Shown piece by piece: positions 43,483-51,961 of a DNA stretch of 64,000 nucleotides. The stretch lies in assembly GCA_031409855.1 (NCBI GenBank), contig JANNYA010000141.1, positions 6,906-70,905 of the forward strand. The letters are read 5' to 3'. The stretch's first letter is position 1. Every line of letters starts with the position of its first letter. Origin of the DNA: Rhodanobacteraceae bacterium. Lineage in GTDB: Bacteria > Pseudomonadota > Gammaproteobacteria > Xanthomonadales > SZUA-5. The notes beneath the pieces were generated by a model that had not been told where the DNA came from, made no database searches, and worked only from the letters and a program-made list of their open reading frames with translations. Both the position numbers and the translations under genes were made by a program.

Positions 43483-44682
43483 CTAAAACGCATTGAGCCC
43501 AGTAATTTCCCGCCCAACCACTAATTTGTGCACGGTTTCAGTGCCTTCATAGGTAATGACTGATTCCAAATTATTCATATGGCGAATGGGGCAGTATTCG
43601 GTGGTAATTCCAGCGCCGCCAAGTAAATCGCGCGCATCGCGGGCAATTTCAATCGCCATGCGGCAGTTATTCCATTTCGCCATGCTGACTTGCGTCGGCT
43701 GCATTTTGCCAGCGTCTTTTAAGCGACCTAGCTGCAAACTCATTAACTGCGCCAAGGTAATTTGACGCGCCATTTCCGCCAAGCGCATTTGTACCGACTG
43801 GGTTGCCGCCAACGGCCGATTGAAAATAATGCGGGTTTTGGTGTTGTCCAGCACTTCCCGATAACAGGCAATTGCCGCACCAATCGGGCCCCAAGTGATG
43901 CCATAGCGCGCTTGCGTCAAACACGAAAGCGGGCCGCGCAAACCTTTGACATTCGGTAGACGATTACTTTCCGGCACGCGCACATTGTCAAAATACAGCT
44001 CTGAGGTAATCGAGGCGCGCAAACTCATTTTGCGATGAATATCTTTGGTCTCAAAGCCTTTCATACCGCGCTCAACTAAAAAGCCGTTGATGCCCTCTTC
44101 GGTCATCGCCCAAACAATGGCAACGTTGGCGATGCCGCCGTTGGTAATCCACATTTTGCTGCCGTTGAGGATCCAATCGCCGGTGGCGGCATCTTTTTTG
44201 GCATGCGTTTTCATATTGCCTGGATCGGAACCACCGTGCGGCTCAGTCAAACCAAAGCAGCCAATAATTTCGCCCTTCGCCATACCCGGCAGGAAGCGCT
44301 GCTTTTGCTCTTGTGAGCCAAAAGTATAAATCGGATACATGCACAAGCTTGATTGCACCGAAACAAAGCTGCGTATGCCGGAATCGCCCCGCTCTAATTC
44401 CTGGCAAATCAAACCGTAACTGACCGCGTTCATGCCGGCACAGCCATAGCCTTCGAGGCTGGAGCCCAGCAAGCCTAGCTCGGCGATTTCTGGCACCAGT
44501 TCTTTGGGAAAGCGCGAATTATCAAAGCACTCGCCAATAATCGGCAGCACGCGTTCATCGGTAAAGCGGGCAACGGTGTCTTGTACCATGCGTTCTTCGT
44601 CGCTCAACATCGAACGGATGTCATACAAATCTTCAGAATGCAGCTGGATGTGGGCGGTTTTGCCCTTGTTTGAATCGCTCAT
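43483..44682 (-). CDS. gcdH: Acyl-CoA dehydrogenase, glutaryl-CoA dehydrogenase-like
   Basis: 399 aa. GCFGLTEPHGGSDPG, WITNG and the C-terminal YEGT..VH.L..GR.ITG pattern, typical of GCDH as I recall it. The symbol is tentative. Confidence 0.75.
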   Translation of the reverse strand: MSDSNKGKTAHIQLHSEDLYDIRSMLSDEERMVQDTVARFTDERVLPIIGECFDNSRFPKELVPEIAELGLLGSSLEGYGCAGMNAVSYGLICQELERGDSGIRSFVSVQSSLCMYPIYTFGSQEQKQRFLPGMAKGEIIGCFGLTEPHGGSDPGNMKTHAKKDAATGDWILNGSKMWITNGGIANVAIVWAMTEEGINGFLVERGMKGFETKDIHRKMSLRASITSELYFDNVRVPESNRLPNVKGLRGPLSCLTQARYGITWGPIGAAIACYREVLDNTKTRIIFNRPLAATQSVQMRLAEMARQITLAQLMSLQLGRLKDAGKMQPTQVSMAKWNNCRMAIEIARDARDLLGGAGITTEYCPIRHMNNLESVITYEGTETVHKLVVGREITGLNAF

Positions 44683-44848
44683 AATGCGGTGCTCGATGCT
44701 TGGGGTGGCGTGATTCTAAACTCGAGGCGTGCAGTCGTGATGAACTTAGCGTAAGCGCTGACAAAGTCGTGCCCAAAGGCAAAATTGCGAAGCCACAAAA
44801 CCAAATTCGGCGCACACAGCGGTTGAGGCATTGGAAAGTCCCTGCCCT

Positions 44849-45406
44849 CTACAACTCCTTCAATGCGCTACGCGCCGCCAATAAATATTGCACAGCAGAC
44901 CAGAGCGTCAGAATTGCCGCAATAACCAAGCATATTTCACCAATCGCGCGAATCGGCAGGGTCAAAAAGTCATCTTTGTATAAAAGCATGCCAAGTGCCA
45001 CCATTTGTGCGATGGTTTTTATTTTTCCGGTGAGTGCGACTTTGACGCGCGCGCGCTTGCCGATTTCGGCCATCCATTCGCGCAAGGCAGAAATGCTAAT
45101 CTCGCGACCGATGATGATGGCACCAATTGCTGCCAACCACGGCTCAGGCGTGGCTTGCACCAATAAAATTAAGACCGTTGAAACCATTAATTTGTCGGCG
45201 ACTGGGTCTAAGAAGGCACCGAAGGAGCTTTCCATATTATATTTTCTGGCCAGATAGCCATCAAGCCAATCAGTCAGTGCCGCTGCTATAAATATGAATG
45301 CGGCAATGTTGTTGTGATACTTGATGCCACTGTAGAAAACGCCGACAAGTACCGGAATTAGGGCAATGCGAAGCAGCGTTAAGAGGTTGGCGATATTGAG
45401 CGTCAT
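44849..45406 (-). CDS. pgsA: CDP-diacylglycerol--glycerol-3-phosphate 3-phosphatidyltransferase
   Basis: CDP-alcohol phosphatidyltransferase motif DWLDGYLARKYNMESSFGAFLDPVADK. N-terminus MTLNIANLLTLLRI is typical. ATG at 45406 is preferred over 45445. Confidence 0.9.
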   Translation of the reverse strand: MTLNIANLLTLLRIALIPVLVGVFYSGIKYHNNIAAFIFIAAALTDWLDGYLARKYNMESSFGAFLDPVADKLMVSTVLILLVQATPEPWLAAIGAIIIGREISISALREWMAEIGKRARVKVALTGKIKTIAQMVALGMLLYKDDFLTLPIRAIGEICLVIAAILTLWSAVQYLLAARSALKEL

Positions 45407-45519
45407 CCCCGGAGTGTACCCTGCGGGGAATCTGCGGCGCATCAACTTCGACGGCGCATCAACTTCGGCTTGGCGAATGCTTCGAGTTGACCAAGGCTTC
45501 GGTTTAATGGGGTGCAGCG

Positions 45520-46524
45520 TTATTGCGGACGTTCGGCATCAAAACGAATCGCAGTGCCGCCTTGAACTGGGCCGGTGCGCGCGCTGTTATGTATGTATAG
45601 CGTGACATTTTCGCGCACGATGATTGAGCCGCGTATTGTCACGCCAGCACCGATAGTTACCGTCGTGCGTGGGTTTTCATTGCATCCTACGTTGAACCAA
45701 CCACCACACTGGCTACTGCGTATTTCCAGGGCACCGTCGATGCGGGTATTGCCAGATAAATCCACGCGCCCGCTGCGGGTCAAAATATTGGCTTCGACCA
45801 CGGTATTATTTAGCAGCACGTCACCCGAGCCGGTGTCGATATGGCGCGTAATAACCGCGCCGTTGGCCTTCACCGAGCCCGAGCCCGTATCAATAATCCC
45901 GACGACGCGTGCGCCGCTTCCTAGCGTCACGCTGCCTGAGCCGGTGTCGATACCCTGACTTTGCGCCTGTGCGGCTAAGTTGACACTGCCCGAGCCCGTA
46001 TCAATAGCGCCGCTGATCGCGCGATCACTCAGTGCAACGCTGCCCGAACCGGTGTCAATATCACTGCAACGGCCACCGGGCCCTATGGAAACTCGACCGC
46101 TGCCGGTATCGATGACGCCAGCGCTTGCGCCTGCACCCAAAGTAACGTCACCCGAGGCAACATCAATACGCCCTAACACGCGTGCATTGCGGCCCAAAGT
46201 GACATTGCCGCTGGCGGTATCAACCGAATCGGCCTGCGCACGCTCGGCTAAAAATACGTCGCCGCTTGCGGTATCAATCACGGTGGCGCGGGCGTCTGTT
46301 TCTAGCAATACATCGCCGCTTGTGCTGTCCGCGCCACCCGCCTTAACGCCTGCGGGCACCAAAATATTATCGCTGGTGGTGTCGCCGTTGCCACCGTTGT
46401 TAAGCACGAGCGAATTAGCATTAGCGCTGCTGACACACGCCGAACTAAGCGCTAAAACGCCACTAAATAGGGCAACGCGGCTGAATCTGCGTGAATTTTC
46501 ATGCGTAGCAGTATTTTTTGACAT
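45520..46524 (-). CDS. Secreted repeat protein with about 10 tandem 18-19-aa (I/V)DT(G/A)SG(S/D/N)V units (beta-helix-like; DUF4097/bactofilin-like pattern)
   Basis: Signal peptide ...VALFSGVLALSSACVSSANA, GAGGAAG RBS. Repeats VIDTASGDVFL, VDTASGNVTL, IDVASGDVTL and IDTGSGSV x4. The DNA shows a 54-57-bp periodicity at 45830-46330. Confidence 0.7.
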   Translation of the reverse strand: MSKNTATHENSRRFSRVALFSGVLALSSACVSSANANSLVLNNGGNGDTTSDNILVPAGVKAGGADSTSGDVLLETDARATVIDTASGDVFLAERAQADSVDTASGNVTLGRNARVLGRIDVASGDVTLGAGASAGVIDTGSGRVSIGPGGRCSDIDTGSGSVALSDRAISGAIDTGSGSVNLAAQAQSQGIDTGSGSVTLGSGARVVGIIDTGSGSVKANGAVITRHIDTGSGDVLLNNTVVEANILTRSGRVDLSGNTRIDGALEIRSSQCGGWFNVGCNENPRTTVTIGAGVTIRGSIIVRENVTLYIHNSARTGPVQGGTAIRFDAERPQ

Positions 46525-46696
46525 GATGCTTCCTCAAATGGATCGATTCGCTGTTTTAGCGTCGGATATTGAGTCAATGCAAATGATGTGCCACGCGCAG
46601 TGGCCTTTGAATGGGGCGCTTTTTGGTGCTTTTGGATCGTTTTTGGCACGTTAGCGTGACGTCTATTCGCGCCATTGGGACGTGCACTCTCAGTTT

Positions 46697-47794
46697 TTAA
46701 ACAGATAAGTCGCTAGCGCAACGTATAAATTCTTGAATGACTTGATCACCAGTCGATTGCGCAAGCACCAAGCTTGGGAAGCGGGCGCGAATTTGATCCG
46801 TTAGGCGCTTTAGTTTGTGGCTGTTCAAAGTTTTGCCTAAACCAAATACATCGCGGCCCACGTCGGATACAAAGCGATGCAGCTTGAAAAAATACAGCTC
46901 TTGACCGTCGGTCAAGAACTCAATGACGTGTTGCCCAGAGTCGGGTTGCGTTAAATCCCGGCCGTTGCGCATTTCGCGTTCACGCACCAAACGTACTGCG
47001 CTATCCACCAGTGCCATAAACGGCTCGCCGACATTGGCGGTGTCTAGATCGGCGGAAACCAAAATGAGGCGCGCGCGACGACGCAGGATCGGGTCATTCA
47101 AATAGTCCGGGTGTGCGGCAATGAACGCGCGTGCCAGCGAGGACGATAGCGAACCGCCGGAGGTGATTACTGCCGGGCTATTGATTGCAATCGCATTTCC
47201 CGAGTGCGGCGGATGAATTCTGCCGTGCTCGGGGCTTTCCGGACGCGCATCAAAGGTGCTGCCAGCAATCATCCAGGCCAAAGTATCAAAAAACTCCGCG
47301 TGTTCGGACTGGCTAAAGCCAGAGGCACGCAAAATTCGGTGCGTTTCGGCAATGCTGGCGCGTTCATTCGCGCCGACACCGTCTTTATAGTCTAATTTTT
47401 CCCGTTGCCGCAGGTCATGGCAGTTGGAAAACAGCGCGAGCAGCAGCCACTCTTGTGCCTCAAGCCCGCGCCAGCCCAGCTGTAAACGTGTGCGCGCCAA
47501 GCGCCCGTTCAGTAATTCAAGTGCGTGCTCTTCATTGTGGTAGGTGTGAACGTCATCGCCCCAGCTGCCGTGACGGCTAGCCATGCGCACAAAACTCAAT
47601 CCCAAGGCATCTTGGGTGTGTTGCAGTAACGGCGCAAAGCTGGCGCCAAAAAACTTTAGAAATGAGGCACCCACCGTCGCCATGACCGGCGGTAAATCTG
47701 GCCGTCGCTCGCGTAGCAATGCATGTGCAGCCGCCACCGAAGCGTGTGCCAGCTCACAGGCATCCGGTTCAAAATGAGCGAAGTGAAAATCCAT
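46697..47794 (-). CDS. Conserved-looking hypothetical protein with possible HD-type metal-dependent phosphohydrolase motifs
   Basis: Contains YHNEEHALE ... CHDLRQ ... D (an H...HD...D order). Start uncertain: ATG at 47794 (MDFHFAHF) versus 47869. Confidence 0.45.
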   Translation of the reverse strand: MDFHFAHFEPDACELAHASVAAAHALLRERRPDLPPVMATVGASFLKFFGASFAPLLQHTQDALGLSFVRMASRHGSWGDDVHTYHNEEHALELLNGRLARTRLQLGWRGLEAQEWLLLALFSNCHDLRQREKLDYKDGVGANERASIAETHRILRASGFSQSEHAEFFDTLAWMIAGSTFDARPESPEHGRIHPPHSGNAIAINSPAVITSGGSLSSSLARAFIAAHPDYLNDPILRRRARLILVSADLDTANVGEPFMALVDSAVRLVREREMRNGRDLTQPDSGQHVIEFLTDGQELYFFKLHRFVSDVGRDVFGLGKTLNSHKLKRLTDQIRARFPSLVLAQSTGDQVIQEFIRCASDLSV

Positions 47795-47903
47795 GCAAGC
47801 GGGCTTGGTCGACGTAAGTTGTGTTGAGTATAGAGAGGCAGCTCGCTTGCGGCGAGCGCTATCACACAAATTTGATAGCGATTAGCGCACCCAAAGCGCT
47901 CAG

Positions 47904-47934
47904 AAACAAAAAAGCGACGGGTTAGCGTCGCTTT
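47904..47934 (-). terminator. Rho-independent terminator of the outer-membrane protein gene
   Basis: Minus strand: aaagcgacg-ctaac-cgtcgcttt followed by tttg. Confidence 0.75.
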
Positions 47935-47984
47935 CGTGGTTATTGCTTAGTTTTTAGCGTTCGTTCTAAGGCTGTAACTCGAAC

Positions 47985-48701
47985 TTAAAAAGTTGTCGCC
48001 ATCGAGAAGACAAACTGGTTGTCGTTGGTTTCACCATAGATGCCTTCAAATGCACCGTTGGTGTCGACATAAGTTAACCCGACTGTCAATGGACCAAAGG
48101 CGCGACTGACGCCGACCGACTTATCAACAATACCGCCACCAAATGCAACTGGGTCATCCAGGTCATAATAGCCAACCGAAGCCGCCACGGTGTACTCTTC
48201 AGCAATGACAATGCTGTAGCCTAGGTTGTAATAAATTCCAGTTTCGTCCGTAGCAAAGACATCGTTGGAATAGCCAATCAGGCCGCTGAAGCCTTTGTAA
48301 ACCAACTTTCCGGTCAGCTCTGTATAGGCAAGTGGAATGTCTTCACCGGGATAATTGAAACGCACCAGCTGTACGTCAGCGGTCAAATCTTCCGCCAATT
48401 CGCCTGTCCAGCCCGCGTAAAGATCGATTTCTAAGTTTGCGCCCGCAGTGCCACCGAAGTCGACGTTCGAGCCCGAAATGCCAAGATACACGCCGGAATC
48501 GCTGTAATAGGTGAAAGCGCCCTGTAAAGCAGGGTCATTCAAATTCTGTGAAATGCCGCGAAACCGATAGTCGCTGACGAATGTCAGTGTGGCAACGAAT
48601 GGGGATTTCGCTTCTTCTTGCTCGCTGTCTTGAGCGAACGCACCGTTCGCAAAGAAACCGAGCATTGCTGCAACTGCCGCTGATAGGAGTTTTGCTTTCA
48701 T
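47985..48701 (-). CDS. Small beta-barrel outer-membrane protein (TIGR02001 / TorF-like family)
   Basis: Signal peptide MKAKLLSAAVAAMLGFFANGAFA. SDYRFRGISQ motif. Alternating beta-strand pattern with a C-terminal ...SMATTF. Confidence 0.75.
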   Translation of the reverse strand: MKAKLLSAAVAAMLGFFANGAFAQDSEQEEAKSPFVATLTFVSDYRFRGISQNLNDPALQGAFTYYSDSGVYLGISGSNVDFGGTAGANLEIDLYAGWTGELAEDLTADVQLVRFNYPGEDIPLAYTELTGKLVYKGFSGLIGYSNDVFATDETGIYYNLGYSIVIAEEYTVAASVGYYDLDDPVAFGGGIVDKSVGVSRAFGPLTVGLTYVDTNGAFEGIYGETNDNQFVFSMATTF

Positions 48702-48891
48702 TTGTTTCCCTTGTCTGAACTGGTGGTGTTGGCTGATTGTGAACCAACAAACTGCGTTTGACTACTCTAGTGAGGCTTTGAATCGTGCACATGTGTGATT
48801 CTTAATGCTGAACGCAGATAGGTGCTGACACCCAGCGCTGTGGCCCGTAACATTGCGCCAATTTAAATTGCGATCACAGCGGGCATAAGCC

Positions 48892-50841
48892 ATGACTACA
48901 CCCACAATTCCGGGCTATCGGATCGTTAGAGCATTGTCTGAGGCGAATCGCGCGAACGTTTATCTTGCCGAGCAACAATCTTTACAGCGTTTGGTGGCCC
49001 TTAAAGTCTTGAGCTTTGCGATGAGCGATAACGAAGCCTCCAGGCGGCGCGTGATCGAGGAAGGTAAAGCCGCAGCAAGGCTGACGCATCCAAATTTACT
49101 CAGCGTATTTGACATTGGCGAGGCCGATGGCCGCCCCTACATCGCGACCGAATACGTTTCCGGCGGCACGATGCGTGATCGCTTGAGCAATGGCGCGCTT
49201 GAGATCGACAAGGTGCTGTCGATTGCGCGTGACCTTGTGACCGGCTTAAAATTTTTGCATAGCCAAGGTTTTTTACATCGCGATATCAAGCCTACCAATG
49301 TTTTTTTTAGGGAAGACGGCACCGCATTGCTGGGTGAGGCGGGTGTCGCACGTGCGGTGAGTGGAAAAACGCCTGAAAATGAGCAGGTCGCTTTTGGTAG
49401 CCCACACTATATGAGCCCAGAACGCGCGCAGGCCCTACCTTCCGACGGTCGCTCTGATCAATACAGCCTAGCGGTAGTGATTTGGGAAGCGTTGACCGGC
49501 AAGCCGCCGTTCGACGCGGATGATCCATTTCAGGTGGCGATTAAACATATCAGCGAAGCGGTACCCGCGTTGCCGCTGGCGTTAGCGGTGATGCAGCCGA
49601 TTCTGGGCCGTTGCTTAGCCAAGCAAGCTGAGCAGCGTTTTACCAATGCTGCTGAGCTACTCAATGCAATTGAGCAACTGATCGCGGCACGCGTGGCGAG
49701 CGGCCAAACGCCAAGTACGAAAGCGGCGAGCAACCCAGCGCCGCTTGCGCAAAAGCCGCTGCAGTCACATACAGCGGTGTCACCAACAGCGGCGGCAGAT
49801 ATGAGCGCGCCGACGGCGATTATGCGCGTCGATATACTGCCGCCGAATAGCCCTGGGCGTGATGATTTAGCCGTTACCTTATTGGGCAATGCCACCCAGC
49901 CAGTTGCCGTCGTGCCCGAGCGCCAAGCTGCTGCCAAACCACCCGCGATGGGTGAAACAGCCGTTATGCCGGTTCTGGATGCGCGCAATTTAGCTACGCC
50001 AGGGCAGAGCGCCGGTTCGGCGACCGCGATCGTGGTACCCGTGCCCGAGCGGCGCGTTGTTGCAGCACCGGCCATTCCGCCTGCGACTGTGGTCGGGCAG
50101 CGGGCGATCACGCCCGAGCAATTGGCAGCAAAAGCGTCTGCGCCGATGCCTGCCTCAGCGGCGACAATGGTGAGCCCGGCTTATGCGCCGCCCGCACCAT
50201 TTACGCCGCCCGCAGCCGCTCCCGGTAATTATGCCGCCCCGGCACCCTTTGCTCCGGCACCCTTCGCCCCGCCGCAGCCAAATGCCGCACCCTTGATGCA
50301 AGCGCCCGTGCCGCGTGTCGATGTGAAACGTTCCGGCGCTGCTGGCTGGCTGATTTGGATTGGCGTGCTGGGGCTACTGTGTGCCGGTGCCGCCACTTGG
50401 TGGGTACTTAAAGGCAGTAAAGAGCAACCGCAAAATATAGCACCGACGCCCGGAGCAGGGCAGGTTGGTGATGCTGGTGCATCAGCGTCCGCGCGCGAAA
50501 CCCCGGTGCAACCACCACAAGCCGGTGTGGCTGGTGACGTTGGCAGCTTAGATGCCCTTTCAGCAAAAGCGAGTGCGGCGTTTGCAGCCGGGGATTTTGT
50601 TTCGCCAGTCGGTGAGTGCGCCGCATTTTATTACCAGCAAATTTTGGCGCAAACCCCGGACGATGCCTTTGCGCGCGCGCGCTTGCAAGAAACCGGCGAT
50701 GGCGCGGAAGCGCAGATTCGTGCTGCGCTGCAAGCCGGCACGCAAAGCACGGCGCGCGCGTACTTGGATAATGCGTTAGTTTATTTCGCGGATCGCGAGA
50801 GTTTCAAAAGGTTAAAAGCAGAGTTTGACGCGCAATCGTGA
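48892..50841 (+). CDS. Ser/Thr protein kinase-like protein with Pro/Ala-rich linker, TM helix and extracytoplasmic C-terminal domain
   Basis: Motifs VALKVL, HRDIKPTNVFF, SPHYMSPER. EAG (nt 49336-49344) stands where DFG is expected. TM helix WLIWIGVLGLLCAGAATWWVL. Confidence 0.8.
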   Translation: MTTPTIPGYRIVRALSEANRANVYLAEQQSLQRLVALKVLSFAMSDNEASRRRVIEEGKAAARLTHPNLLSVFDIGEADGRPYIATEYVSGGTMRDRLSNGALEIDKVLSIARDLVTGLKFLHSQGFLHRDIKPTNVFFREDGTALLGEAGVARAVSGKTPENEQVAFGSPHYMSPERAQALPSDGRSDQYSLAVVIWEALTGKPPFDADDPFQVAIKHISEAVPALPLALAVMQPILGRCLAKQAEQRFTNAAELLNAIEQLIAARVASGQTPSTKAASNPAPLAQKPLQSHTAVSPTAAADMSAPTAIMRVDILPPNSPGRDDLAVTLLGNATQPVAVVPERQAAAKPPAMGETAVMPVLDARNLATPGQSAGSATAIVVPVPERRVVAAPAIPPATVVGQRAITPEQLAAKASAPMPASAATMVSPAYAPPAPFTPPAAAPGNYAAPAPFAPAPFAPPQPNAAPLMQAPVPRVDVKRSGAAGWLIWIGVLGLLCAGAATWWVLKGSKEQPQNIAPTPGAGQVGDAGASASARETPVQPPQAGVAGDVGSLDALSAKASAAFAAGDFVSPVGECAAFYYQQILAQTPDDAFARARLQETGDGAEAQIRAALQAGTQSTARAYLDNALVYFADRESFKRLKAEFDAQS

Positions 50842-50905
50842 GTTCAAATCATCGGCTAAAGACACGCTGCAGCCTGAACTTGACTTGCTGGGTTGCTGCG
50901 CCCTG

Positions 50906-51370
50906 TCAAATCTCGCTGCCATCTTTTTTCGAAAAGCCACCGCCGCCCGAGTAGCGCCCGGCATTGAATTTCATATCAATATCGGAATATTCGCCCGAGT
51001 CCAAATCACTGCGCGAGCCCACGACCAATAAAATCACATCGGCATCGCTGCGGTTTTGCATACAGTGGCCATCTTTTATGCCAGCGGCAAATCCAGCGCT
51101 TTCGCCAGCGCGCAGCGTGATTTCGCCGGCGTCAGTTAACAGCACGACGACGCCGGAAATTACAAACACAAACTCGTCTTCATGGCTGTGCCAATGGCGT
51201 TGGCTGGACCAAACGCCGGGTGGCAGACGCACCCGATTGACGCCAAATTGGGTGAGGCCCGTCACATCCCCCAGCACTGTCCATTCGCGGTCGCGGCAGG
51301 GAATATCGAAAGGCGGCGGATAGCGCGTGCCGCGTCGTTGCTCGGCTTTCGTCTCATCAATTTTGCCCAT
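50906..51370 (-). CDS. Cupin-domain protein
   Basis: 154 aa from the ATG at 51370. Cupin motif SQRHWHSHEDEFVFVISG....G. The track's longer ORF extends into the REP elements. Confidence 0.75.
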   Translation of the reverse strand: MGKIDETKAEQRRGTRYPPPFDIPCRDREWTVLGDVTGLTQFGVNRVRLPPGVWSSQRHWHSHEDEFVFVISGVVVLLTDAGEITLRAGESAGFAAGIKDGHCMQNRSDADVILLVVGSRSDLDSGEYSDIDMKFNAGRYSGGGGFSKKDGSEI

Positions 51371-51423
51371 CGGTTCGTTTCCCAGTTTGGTCGCGCGGCA
51401 GAGTTTAGCGGGATTCTGGGCAA

Positions 51424-51883
51424 GTCTCGCGGCAAATAAATCCGGCGATGAGCGACACGACCAATAAGCCTCTCCATGAACCTCGCGGAAAAATGCATCG
51501 TCATTGCGAACGCAGTGAAGCAATCTCGTCGTTTAAAGCTAGATTGCTTCGCTACGCTCTCTCCATGAACTAAAACTGTAAGTTATTGATTTATATAGAA
51601 GGCGCGTTTCGAACAACCTCGTCATTGCGAACGAAGTGAAGCAATCTCAACGCGGCAAGACTAAAAGACGAGATTGCTTCGCTGCGCTCGCAAAGACGAG
51701 GTTCATGGTCTCTCAACAGCCGCTTTGTGGCTGAAAACTCGCAAAGACGAAGTTCATGGTCTCGGGGCAGCCGCTTTGTGGTTGAAAAAACGCGATGAGC
51801 GACACGGCAGAAAAGTCTCGCGATGAGCGACACGGCAGATAAGTCTCGCGATGAGCGACACGGCAAATAAGTCTCGCGATGCC
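51424..51883. repeat. Nest of at least three repeat families in the cupin/ppsA intergenic region
   Basis: Hairpin elements at 51499-51560 and 51617-51701 (32-nt arms cctcgtcattgcgaacgaagtgaagcaatctc / gagattgcttcgctgcgctcgcaaagacgagg). A 51-bp direct repeat x2 (51687-51737, 51738-51788). A 28-bp tandem repeat cgcgatgagcgacacggcagaNaagtct x3.3 (51791-51883), with a degenerate copy at 51424-51460. Confidence 0.8.
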
Positions 51884-51961
51884 AAAGTGTGACCGATAGC
51901 TTGTTTAGTCCAATTTAGATTTGCATTATCCGCGCTATCTTTTAGAGCGCATGGATTCGCA

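Noticed and set aside
44700-45257. 185-aa plus-strand ORF overlapping pgsA.
   Set aside because: pgsA on the minus strand carries the full CDP-alcohol phosphatidyltransferase motif, whereas the plus-strand frame has no recognisable features.
45575-46654. Plus-strand ORFs 45575-45958 and 45980-46654 with PEPVSI repeats.
   Set aside because: They are mirror images of the minus-strand repeat gene. The minus-strand ORF is single and continuous, and it has a GAGGAAG RBS and a clear signal peptide.
51791-51883. 28-bp tandem repeat considered as a possible CRISPR array.
   Set aside because: The units are directly contiguous with no unique spacers, there are only about 3.3 copies, and no cas genes are in the window. 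This is a plain tandem repeat.
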